Shown here in pieces: positions 9,350 through 16,777 of a DNA stretch of 25,034 nt (within the stretch, counting starts at the first letter, position 1; the number at the start of each line of letters is the position of its first letter). The notes beneath the pieces were generated by a model, which was not told the origin of the DNA, did not search any database, and saw only the letters and a list, made by a program, of their open reading frames with translations. This DNA comes from Candidatus Bathyarchaeota archaeon. Lineage in GTDB: Archaea; Thermoproteota; Bathyarchaeia; TCS64. Location: contig JBDRQD010000054.1 in assembly GCA_043826455.1 (NCBI GenBank), forward strand, positions 1 to 25,034, in the 5' to 3' direction. The position numbers and the translations under genes are program-made.

Positions 9350-9471
9350 AAGATCACGGGAAGAGAGGGGGAGTCAAGGCTTTTAAAACTGTCACCGGCA
9401 ACGCGTGTGCGCGCAGGATTAGCGGGGTGGGTCACGGAACCGTAATCATTTTCGCGCCCTGAAACCAAGCG

Positions 9472-9714
9472 GTGGAAATGGTTGAAACAGAGCCCGGGCT
9501 GAGCCTGATCCAGCGGATACAGCTTCTCATAGCCGGCTCAGCGTCCACAGAGATGCGGCGTAGGCCCGGCTGGAGAGGCGAGATCCAGTTCTACGCCTTC
9601 AGGTGCCCGGTCCACGGGATCGTAGAGAATTACCCCCAGGGCCACAGCCAGACTCTCAAGTGCCCGAGATGCTCAGACGCGCATGCAAATATAGATCATT
9701 CATCCAGATTTTAA
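9472..9714 (+). CDS. Small hypothetical protein with putative Zn-ribbon (CxxH...CxxC)
   Basis: FRCPVHG-x12-KCPRC motif in an 80-aa ORF (GTG 9472 or ATG 9478) divergent from the flavin reductase gene. Confidence 0.7.
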   Translation: MEMVETEPGLSLIQRIQLLIAGSASTEMRRRPGWRGEIQFYAFRCPVHGIVENYPQGHSQTLKCPRCSDAHANIDHSSRF

Positions 9715-9777
9715 TGTAAAAAGAGTCTTATACTCCCGTTTGGGATAGGCTTCACAGAGCGCAGTCTACGTGAGAGC

Positions 9778-10338
9778 ATGTCCTTCACAGAAAAAATAGA
9801 TGTCCTGGATCTTCTCATCAACATACTTAGAGAGCATGAGGAGAAGCTGGACGAACTGGTAGCGCGCCTTGAGGTGGTCAGCCAGACCATCCAGAAGGAC
9901 CCTAACCTTAAGCGCAGCGTCATGGAGTACGAGCTGGGGAAGGAGGCGGTGGAGGAGGAAGCCGGCGTCTCCAACATCCTGGTTGTGGACGACGATAAGA
10001 GCCTGGCCAACACCTTCAAGCTGGTGCTTCAGAGCGTGGGCTTCAACGTGGACACCGCTGTCACGGGCCTCCAGGCGCTGTACAAGATCAACAGGAAGCC
10101 CTACGACCTGGTCATTCTGGATATCAACCTCCCGGATATGCTGGGGGACGAGGTGGCCGAGAAGATCAGGGAGAACAGCAGCGACATCAACATCATAATG
10201 ATCACCGGGTACAGCAGCTTCAAGGACGAGGTGAAGGAGCAGGAGCTGGGCATCAAGGAGGTCCTCATGAAGCCCATACCCCCCGAGGATCTGGTGAAGA
10301 TAACTAAGAAGACACTCCTGGCCAAGGACCAGGCTTGA
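9778..10338 (+). CDS. Response regulator: N-terminal helical/coiled-coil extension plus C-terminal REC (CheY-like) domain
   Basis: ILVVDDD, phospho-acceptor LDINLPD, IMITG and MKP motifs in aa ~65-180. Amphipathic N-terminal ~45 aa. Confidence 0.9.
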   Translation: MSFTEKIDVLDLLINILREHEEKLDELVARLEVVSQTIQKDPNLKRSVMEYELGKEAVEEEAGVSNILVVDDDKSLANTFKLVLQSVGFNVDTAVTGLQALYKINRKPYDLVILDINLPDMLGDEVAEKIRENSSDINIIMITGYSSFKDEVKEQELGIKEVLMKPIPPEDLVKITKKTLLAKDQA

Positions 10339-10413
10339 CGCTATCAGTATGGTTTTTTAATTATTTCTCGGCTTGGTGCTGGGCTGATGGCCTCATCTGG
10401 GGCGGGTAACATG

Positions 10414-10441
10414 CCTAATGATAAAAATATTCACCATTAGG
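10414..10441 (-). other. Inverted repeat / 12-bp hairpin
   Basis: Minus strand reads CCUAAUGGUGAA-UAUU-UUUAUCAUUAGG, fully paired with two G-U pairs. Confidence 0.6.
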
Positions 10442-10461
10442 GGATACCCCCTACCTTTTTT

Positions 10462-10498
10462 GCACATCAGGCTCTCCGCTGCAGCGTGTCTGATGTGC
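10462..10498. other. Inverted repeat / hairpin
   Basis: GCACATCAG...CTGATGTGC perfect 9-bp arms enclosing the palindrome CGCTGCAGCG, directly after a T6 run. Confidence 0.6.
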
Positions 10499-10805
10499 TG
10501 AATAGACCGTGTTTCTGTGTGGAATGGACGGCGTTTTTGCATAGAATGGGATCGCATCGGACCGGTTCCGTGGCTCCTTTTGGCGTGGGGTACCTGTTTC
10601 CGGTTTTTCTTGCTCTACCCCCCCTCCCCCCTCGGGTCTACCGGGTGGATAGCGTGTGTATCGTTTTCAGCCTGGTGGCTTATACCGTGCCAGCTGGGAT
10701 AAGGCGGAAAAAAAATTCCATCTCCTGCTTCATGCTCTTATTTCTGTGAAGTTCCTTCTCGATCTAAGTTCTAGGGCACCAAAGAACATGGTAAATTGAG
10801 AAACT

Positions 10806-11273
10806 CTATATTATGTAGCCGCTGTCGATCCTCTCAAAGTCTCGCACGAGCTCTAGGTTGAGCTCAGGCTCCATATTCTCGAAGTCCTCCTCGGTGAGGT
10901 TGGACCAAGGCCCCGTGAGGGCCGCCTCCGCGGCCGGGTGGTTCCTGCCGAAGCTCTCCTGGCAGACCTTGTAGGTGAGCCTCCGCACCTGGCGCTCATC
11001 TGTGAAGCCCAGGGTGTGGAGGTACTCGTGGACCAGGATGGCGAAAACGTGGGACTTTTCCTTGAGGTTCGTAGTGGACCCCAGCAGCCGCCTGTTGATG
11101 ACTATATCGTTGGTTCCCATGGGGTGGAAGGCCCCCACACGCATGGGGAGGTTCCCCAGGTATAGCATGAGGCCTACCCGGTGGAGACCCAGGGTCCGCT
11201 TAACGGCCCCCTTCACCAGAGTGAATATGTCTCCGTAGGTCTTGGCGTGCTCCAGTTCGACGGGCGGCGTCAG
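10806..11273 (-). CDS. Small HExxH (zincin-like) putative metalloprotease, archaeal hypothetical
   Basis: ILVHEYLHTLG motif. Frame is open upstream of the ORF-track GTG (11216) to a CTG at 11273 that lies 7 nt after GGAGGA. Confidence 0.75.
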   Translation of the reverse strand: MTPPVELEHAKTYGDIFTLVKGAVKRTLGLHRVGLMLYLGNLPMRVGAFHPMGTNDIVINRRLLGSTTNLKEKSHVFAILVHEYLHTLGFTDERQVRRLTYKVCQESFGRNHPAAEAALTGPWSNLTEEDFENMEPELNLELVRDFERIDSGYII

Positions 11274-11285
11274 AGGATAATCCTC

Positions 11286-11507
11286 CTATACTGCTTCCAC
11301 TGACTTGACTGCCGGTATCTTCTTCTTGAGGTAGTTCTCCACGCCCCACTTGAGGGTCATGGTGCTCATGGGGCAGCCAGCGCAGGCGCCTGTGAGCCTG
11401 ACTTTCACGACTCCGTCTTTGCTTACGTCGACCAGCTCGACGTCTCCGCCGTCTACCTGCAGGTGGGGTCTTACCTCCTCGAGGGCCTGGCGTACTTCAT
11501 CTATCAA
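11286..11507 (-). CDS. NifU-like (Nfu) Fe-S cluster carrier domain protein
   Basis: VRPHLQVDGGDVELV...VRLTGACAGCPMSTMTLK.GVE..L. TTG start after a GGGAGTGA SD-like sequence. Confidence 0.93.
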   Translation of the reverse strand: MIDEVRQALEEVRPHLQVDGGDVELVDVSKDGVVKVRLTGACAGCPMSTMTLKWGVENYLKKKIPAVKSVEAV

Positions 11508-11653
11508 AAGCGTTCACTCCCAGAAGGGAAGATTTGATGGTATTTAAACATATACAGCAACAGCTGTTACCTATTTATAGTCTTTAACTAGGTTGAACCC
11601 GGACATTATCGTATCTTTAACTTATCCCATGAATGCTGTGAGGCGGGGCTAAT

Positions 11654-11665
11654 CCATAATTTTAT
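11654..11665 (+). promoter_or_regulatory. TATA-like promoter of the first HD gene
   Basis: CCATAATTTTAT ~35 nt before ATG 11699, nearly identical to the motif before the paralog. Confidence 0.55.
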
Positions 11666-11698
11666 CCTCAAACCCCTGCATATGATTACACGGTTCAT

Positions 11699-12124
11699 AT
11701 GAGCAGGCTAGTGGACAAGGCGCTCGAGTTCGCCAGCAAGAAACACGAGGGTCAGCTGGACGACAGCGGAAGGCCCTACTTCTTCGCCCACGTGGTCCAG
11801 GTTCACAGCATCCTGCGGGACGTGTCCGACGACGAGGAGGTGCTCTGCGCGGGCCTCCTCCATGACACCATCGAGGACACGGACGCCACCTACGAGGAGC
11901 TGGTCCACGAGTTCACCAAGGAGATAGCCGACATAGTCCTGGAGGTCACCCACGTGGGGGACAGCGTAGACAACTACTACTTCCCGCTTCTACGATCCCG
12001 GAAGGCGATCTTGGTTCAGTTCGCCGACAGACTAAGCAACATGGCCAGGATGGTGGACTGGCCCGGGAACGTGCAGCAGAAGTTCCTTGAGGGGAGCGTG
12101 TTCTGGCACTCCAAACCCCCCTAG
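11699..12124 (+). CDS. Small HD-domain hydrolase, Mesh1/SpoT-HD (small alarmone hydrolase)-like, paralog 1
   Basis: KALEFA..KH.GQ...G.PY...H, AGLLHDTIEDT, V.EVT, FADRLSN (HD_4 pattern). Confidence 0.88.
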   Translation: MSRLVDKALEFASKKHEGQLDDSGRPYFFAHVVQVHSILRDVSDDEEVLCAGLLHDTIEDTDATYEELVHEFTKEIADIVLEVTHVGDSVDNYYFPLLRSRKAILVQFADRLSNMARMVDWPGNVQQKFLEGSVFWHSKPP

Positions 12125-12130
12125 CTCCAC

Positions 12131-12141
12131 CCATAATTTAT
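12131..12141 (+). promoter_or_regulatory. TATA-like promoter of the second HD gene
   Basis: CCATAATTTAT ~35 nt before ATG 12176. Confidence 0.55.
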
Positions 12142-12175
12142 AGCCACCTTCACAGCTAATTCATAGCGAGTAGCC

Positions 12176-12619
12176 ATGGGTCGCCTAGAGGATAAAGCCC
12201 TAGAGTTCGCCAGCAAGAAACACGAGGGTCAACTGGACGACCAGGGGAGGCCCTACTTCTTCGCCCACATAGTTCAGGTGCACAGCCTGCTGAAGGACAT
12301 CACCGACGACGAGGAGATGCTCTGCGCGGGCCTCCTCCATGACACCATCGAGGACACGGACACCACCTACGAGGAACTGATACGCGAGTTCAACAAGGAG
12401 ATAGCGGACCTGGTCATGGAGCTCACGCACCAGGGAGACAAGGAGACGGGCAGGTACTTCCCCATTTTGAACTCGAAGAAAGCCATCGTAGTGAAGTTCG
12501 CTGACCGTCTGAGCAACCTTTCCAGGATGGTGGACTGGCCCGGGGACTGGCAGCAGGACTACCTCAGGGAGAGCGTCTTCTGGAAGACCATGCCCTGGAA
12601 AACGGCTGAGAAAAGCTAG
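12176..12619 (+). CDS. Small HD-domain hydrolase, Mesh1/SpoT-HD-like, paralog 2
   Basis: Same motifs (AGLLHDTIEDT, VKFADRLSNL). About 72% aa identity to paralog 1 by manual count (39 differences over 141 aa). Confidence 0.88.
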   Translation: MGRLEDKALEFASKKHEGQLDDQGRPYFFAHIVQVHSLLKDITDDEEMLCAGLLHDTIEDTDTTYEELIREFNKEIADLVMELTHQGDKETGRYFPILNSKKAIVVKFADRLSNLSRMVDWPGDWQQDYLRESVFWKTMPWKTAEKS

Positions 12620-12776
12620 GTGATGTTCCAATACCAGCAGATGTTCCTCAAAACCTTTGATGCAAGATATTTATCATTCAAGACATGTTCTATACGAAGA
12701 AACATGGAGCTTTCACCAAACCCGCGACACCGAACATTTGGCGACAGCGAAAATAGAGTAGAAAAGGTCCCCACTC

Positions 12777-13340
12777 ATGACAGTTAGACTCCCATCATTC
12801 AAAGAAGCCCTCAAGAGAGCCGAGAGCAACCTGAGCCGATCTCTAGAGGGGCAAGTTAGGATAACAGTACATTACGAACAAGACAACGAACTGCGGCAGA
12901 CAATACAGACAATAGACCACGAAAAGTTCAGAGAAGAGCTCCAGTACAGCCAGGAGGAGATAATGGAACGGGCGACCACGAAGGGCTTCTTCTGCCTCAT
13001 GGCAAACCTGGACGGCAGACCCGTCGCCTTTGACTACGGGTACGATGACGAGGAGGAAGGGACCTTCTTCTCCGACAGCTCCGCGTCCCTCATAGAAGGG
13101 AAGGGCTTGGGCACAGCATTGTTCGCCCTTGAGATCATCCACGACTTCGAGCGAGGCTACAGGTTCATCAAACTGGTGACGGAGGAGGTGGACGAGCAGG
13201 GAAGAGCCCTTCGTGGCCTGTGGGAGCGGTTCGGATTCAAGGCCATCCGCTTCGACCCGGTGAAGGGCATCGAGATGAGCATGGCGCTGAACCCTGAGGC
13301 GGTGGCAGCTATATACGACAGATACATCGGAAGCAGGTAA
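12777..13340 (+). CDS. GNAT-family N-acetyltransferase
   Basis: Acetyl-CoA motif A-like EGKGLGTALF and C-terminal LWERFGF. Confidence 0.75.
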   Translation: MTVRLPSFKEALKRAESNLSRSLEGQVRITVHYEQDNELRQTIQTIDHEKFREELQYSQEEIMERATTKGFFCLMANLDGRPVAFDYGYDDEEEGTFFSDSSASLIEGKGLGTALFALEIIHDFERGYRFIKLVTEEVDEQGRALRGLWERFGFKAIRFDPVKGIEMSMALNPEAVAAIYDRYIGSR

Positions 13341-13374
13341 GAGCCGGTGAGCTAAACAGGATAATTTTGAAGAG

Positions 13375-14361
13375 TTAGAAGACGTCGCTGGGTGTCAGGT
13401 GCCAGCGTTCGACGTCGGACAGCTCCAAGCTGCCCCTGTAGACGGCATCACCCCTCTGAGACATGTTGTTGATGGGCTTCATGATGACCTTCAGCCATGG
13501 AGCTGTGGTGAGGCCTAGCCGCTTTGACGCCCTCTCGAGAGCGTCCCCCCTCAAGGCGTCCACCTCCACGTCCGTTACGCCCTGGTGGAGCTCGTTCAGG
13601 CACGCCAAGACACTGGGCAGGGCGTCTTCCAGCTGCCCCGGGATGTAGTCGTCTATGGTCAAGTAGAGCCTCCCCTCCTCGGACACCTCATCCACGACGA
13701 CGTAGCTGTCAGGCTCACCGCGGCGGATGAGCCTGTATGGTTGGACGCGTCTCACCGGGTTTCCTTCAATGCGCCAGCGCAGGCAGGGGAGGCTCCTGTG
13801 AAAGTGAAGCAGCTTACTCTCCTCGGCCCAAGCCTCGTAGAGCCCGTGACACTGGTCCGCCGAGATGGGCTCAAGCTCTACGCCTGACCTGTCATTGAGT
13901 CCATAGAAAGCGTCTCGCCCCAGCATGCACTTGTCTATGTCGTAAGTGAGGGCTGACCCCGCCTTGTGGGCGGCTCCAGCCGCCTCTACTAGGTTGAATC
14001 CGATCAGGAGCTCGGGGCTCCGCCCCCTCATCTCCTCCACCATGAACTTGATGGTCCTCTGGAACAGTCCCTGCCGTCTATGTTCCTCGTCCACGAAGCC
14101 GTCACAGCCTTGGAACACTGTGAAGAAGGTGCCCCCGACCCTGACCTCCATGGGGAGGAAGGAGTTGAAGGCCACGGGGATGCCGGTGGGTGCGTGCTCG
14201 GCCACGGCGATCGATGTGAAGCTCAGGATGAACGGGTTGTCTCTGAACTTCCACCGGAACACCTTTTCATCGTACTCGCTCCACAGAGCCTTGTTCAGTC
14301 CATCTATGTACCACTGGAGATCGTCTTCTCTGAACCAGCGCAATCTGTACTCGTCGGACAA
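13375..14361 (-). CDS. GNAT-family N-acetyltransferase (two-domain type)
   Basis: FRWKFRDNP, DGFVDEEHRRQGLF motif A, LRWRIEGNP. TTG start. Confidence 0.82.
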   Translation of the reverse strand: MSDEYRLRWFREDDLQWYIDGLNKALWSEYDEKVFRWKFRDNPFILSFTSIAVAEHAPTGIPVAFNSFLPMEVRVGGTFFTVFQGCDGFVDEEHRRQGLFQRTIKFMVEEMRGRSPELLIGFNLVEAAGAAHKAGSALTYDIDKCMLGRDAFYGLNDRSGVELEPISADQCHGLYEAWAEESKLLHFHRSLPCLRWRIEGNPVRRVQPYRLIRRGEPDSYVVVDEVSEEGRLYLTIDDYIPGQLEDALPSVLACLNELHQGVTDVEVDALRGDALERASKRLGLTTAPWLKVIMKPINNMSQRGDAVYRGSLELSDVERWHLTPSDVF

Positions 14362-14527
14362 GCTACCCAGTAATAGAGCTTGGCAAGATAAAAGCCCAAC
14401 AATCGAAAAGGAACGCGGTGACAGGGCTCGACGAAGACGTTGGCCTGAATAGCAAACAGTATCAGCTACATCCGTTCATCAGCTAAAAATAAATGCCTTT
14501 AAATTTTAATAGCCTGATTCGAAGGGG

Positions 14528-15712
14528 ATGGAGCGCGGCTTACAGGTTCTCCTACTAACCATCTTCGTGGCCATGTTGGGCCTCGGAATAGTGGGACCGA
14601 TAATGCCATTGTACGCGCAGACATTCGGCGCCACTTACATTCAGATCGGGCTGCTAAGCTCAGCATGGAGCATAAGCCGGTTCATCTTCTCGGCCCCTGC
14701 GGGTAGGCTAAGCGACTCCACAGGGAAAAAGAAGGTTATCGTAGGCGGCCTCCTTGTCTACTCAGTTGTCAGCCTCCTATACACCTTCGCCTGGGACTTC
14801 AACTCCTTGCTCTTCTTCAGGTTCATACACGGGCTGGGCTCGGCGATGGCCTCCCCTGTGGCCATGGCGTACGCGGCTGAGCTGGCGCCTAAGGGGCAGG
14901 AGGGCAAGTACATGGGCACCATGACTCTGGCCATGTTCGGGGGGATGGGTGTAGGACCCTTCATAGGGGGCACCCTAACAGACGCCTTCAGCCTGAGCGC
15001 ACCCTTCTACGTCATGTGCGCACTGACCGCTGTAAGCCTCGCCTTCACAATGTTATTCCTCCCCGAGACACAGCCGATGGATCCCACACACAGCAAACCT
15101 CGCCCGTCTTTCAGGAAGGTTTTGTCCAACAGGATGCTGCTGGCGAGCTTCATGTACAGGGCTGTGAACAGCCTCGGTAATAGCTCCATAATGGGCTTCC
15201 TATCCCTCTTCATGGCCTCAACCGTGTTAGATGGAGGGCTGGGGTTAACAGCGACGGACGCGGGCACCGTACTATCAGTGGGCCAGATCATCGGGGCGAT
15301 CCTTCAGAGGCCCAGCGGCACTCTTGCAGACAGGTACAACAAGAGGAATCTTATTATGCTCGGCGGCGTCGTCAGCGCCCTGGGCATGGCCAGCTTCGCA
15401 ATATCACGTACGTTCTGGGAGGTGATGCTGGCTCGGATCATCTTCGCCGCTGGCTCCGCTTTGATCACCCCCGCTATCTCATCAATAGCTGCCATCGAGG
15501 GCAGGGAGCTGGGAGTAGGCACCACGATGAGTGTCCTTGAGAGCGCCATGAGCCTGGGGATGATGGTGGGGCCCCTGCTGTCGGGGGTGCTGGCGGACGC
15601 CCTCAGCCTGAAGCCTATATTCTACGTTGGTTCAGCCATATCGTTCATGGGTGTGGGGGTTTTCTGGGCTCTGCTAAGAGGGCACAAAGAACTTGAAGCC
15701 ACATCCTCATGA
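14528..15712 (+). CDS. MFS transporter (DHA1/TCR-like)
   Basis: About 12 TM helices, motif A GRLSDSTGKK, RFIHGLG, GPFIGG, second-half GTLADRYNKR. Confidence 0.93.
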   Translation: MERGLQVLLLTIFVAMLGLGIVGPIMPLYAQTFGATYIQIGLLSSAWSISRFIFSAPAGRLSDSTGKKKVIVGGLLVYSVVSLLYTFAWDFNSLLFFRFIHGLGSAMASPVAMAYAAELAPKGQEGKYMGTMTLAMFGGMGVGPFIGGTLTDAFSLSAPFYVMCALTAVSLAFTMLFLPETQPMDPTHSKPRPSFRKVLSNRMLLASFMYRAVNSLGNSSIMGFLSLFMASTVLDGGLGLTATDAGTVLSVGQIIGAILQRPSGTLADRYNKRNLIMLGGVVSALGMASFAISRTFWEVMLARIIFAAGSALITPAISSIAAIEGRELGVGTTMSVLESAMSLGMMVGPLLSGVLADALSLKPIFYVGSAISFMGVGVFWALLRGHKELEATSS

Positions 15713-15862
15713 CATGTTCTGAGTATTATCACGTGTCGCCGATGAGCCGCTTCAAGAGACGCATCTGTGTATCATTTTCTGTGTAAAGTACTCAGTTTTA
15801 GATAGATAATGTTAATAAGCCTACAAGTGAACGTACACGAGTCAAGGTGTCAAGAGTGACGG

Positions 15863-16777
15863 GTGACTATAAAACAGGTTCGAGTTTACTCGCCTGGCTC
15901 CATAGCTAACCTTGGCCCTGGTTTTGACGTCCTCGGAGTAGCCCTCGACAGCATGGGCGACATCGTTCAGCTTCAGCAGATAGATGAACCAGAGGTCAAG
16001 TTATCAGTGAAAGGAGTCGGCGCAGACAGCATTCCGGTGGACCCCGAGAGAAACAGCTCGGGGGCCATCCTTGTGAAGGTGAGGGACGAGTACCATCTTA
16101 GCCACGGGTTCAGTGTGGAGATCAGGAAGGGTCTTCCACCTGGCAAGGGTATGGGCTCCTCAGGCGCCTCGGCCGCGGCGACAGCCGTTGCCGTAAACGA
16201 GATGGAGGGGCTAAAGCTCAACTCACCTCAGCTAATAAGGCTCGCAGCCGTGGGAGAGGGCGCCGTGGCGGGCCACCCCCACGCAGACAACGTGGCCGCG
16301 TCCATACTGGGCGGCTTCGTCCTCGTGGGCGAGGACTACGACGTGGTGAAGCTGGAGGCCCCCAGCGTAGGCATGGTCGTGGTGGCGCCGGAGCTCAACA
16401 TCGAGAACAAGACGAGGAAGGCGCGGGAGCTCCTACCCGAGAAGGTGTCCCTAAGGGACGCCGTCAAGAACATAGGGCACGCATCCAGGATGACGGCTGC
16501 CGTTGCCCTCAGGGACCCGGTCCTCTTCGGCCGCAGCATATGTGACAGCCTGGTGGAGCCCCACCGGGCGGCCATGATCCCCCGGTTCTGGGAGGTCAAG
16601 GAGGCCGCCCTCAGGGCCGGCGCATACGGGTGCAGCATCTCTGGAGGGGGCCCTTCCTTGTTCGCAGTAGGGGAGCCTGTCAAGGAGATAGCTAAAGCCA
16701 TGGTGGAGGCCTTCCAGGACATCCCCTCCAAGGTTTACCATACGCAGCCAAGCAACCGGGGAGCAAGGGTGATATAG
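15863..16777 (+). CDS. thrB: Homoserine kinase
   Basis: PGSIANLGPGFDVLG, GHMP loop PPGKGMGSSGASA, HADNVA, ISGGGPS. Confidence 0.95.
   Translation: MTIKQVRVYSPGSIANLGPGFDVLGVALDSMGDIVQLQQIDEPEVKLSVKGVGADSIPVDPERNSSGAILVKVRDEYHLSHGFSVEIRKGLPPGKGMGSSGASAAATAVAVNEMEGLKLNSPQLIRLAAVGEGAVAGHPHADNVAASILGGFVLVGEDYDVVKLEAPSVGMVVVAPELNIENKTRKARELLPEKVSLRDAVKNIGHASRMTAAVALRDPVLFGRSICDSLVEPHRAAMIPRFWEVKEAALRAGAYGCSISGGGPSLFAVGEPVKEIAKAMVEAFQDIPSKVYHTQPSNRGARVI

Noticed and set aside
10486..10749. 87-aa and 61-aa ORFs in the long intergenic gap
   Set aside because: Codon usage is unlike the real genes, the ORFs are built from homopolymer runs, and there are no motifs or clear start signals.
10806..11507. 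Nfu TAG stop is in frame with the downstream HExxH ORF (possible amber/pyrrolysine read-through fusion)
   Set aside because: TAG ends several genes here at their expected family C-termini (FGGY kinase, thrB, asd). Nfu is complete at 73 aa, and an SD plus CTG start explains the downstream gene. In-frame placement has a 1-in-3 chance.
11699..12619. Repeated sequence as a CRISPR array, mobile-element repeat or assembly artefact
   Set aside because: The repeats are coding paralogs with many synonymous and non-synonymous differences. There is no repeat-spacer periodicity, terminal inverted repeat or transposase.
12620..12787. Short ~55-codon frame between HD paralog 2 and the GNAT
   Set aside because: AT-rich with atypical codons and spans a likely promoter (ATATTTATCA). 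No supporting motif.
15713..15862. Possible thr attenuator/leader peptide (MSRFKRRICVSFSV) and weak inverted repeat CTGAGTA/TACTCAG
   Set aside because: The peptide has no Thr-rich run and lies upstream of the likely TATA box. The repeat is short and widely spaced.
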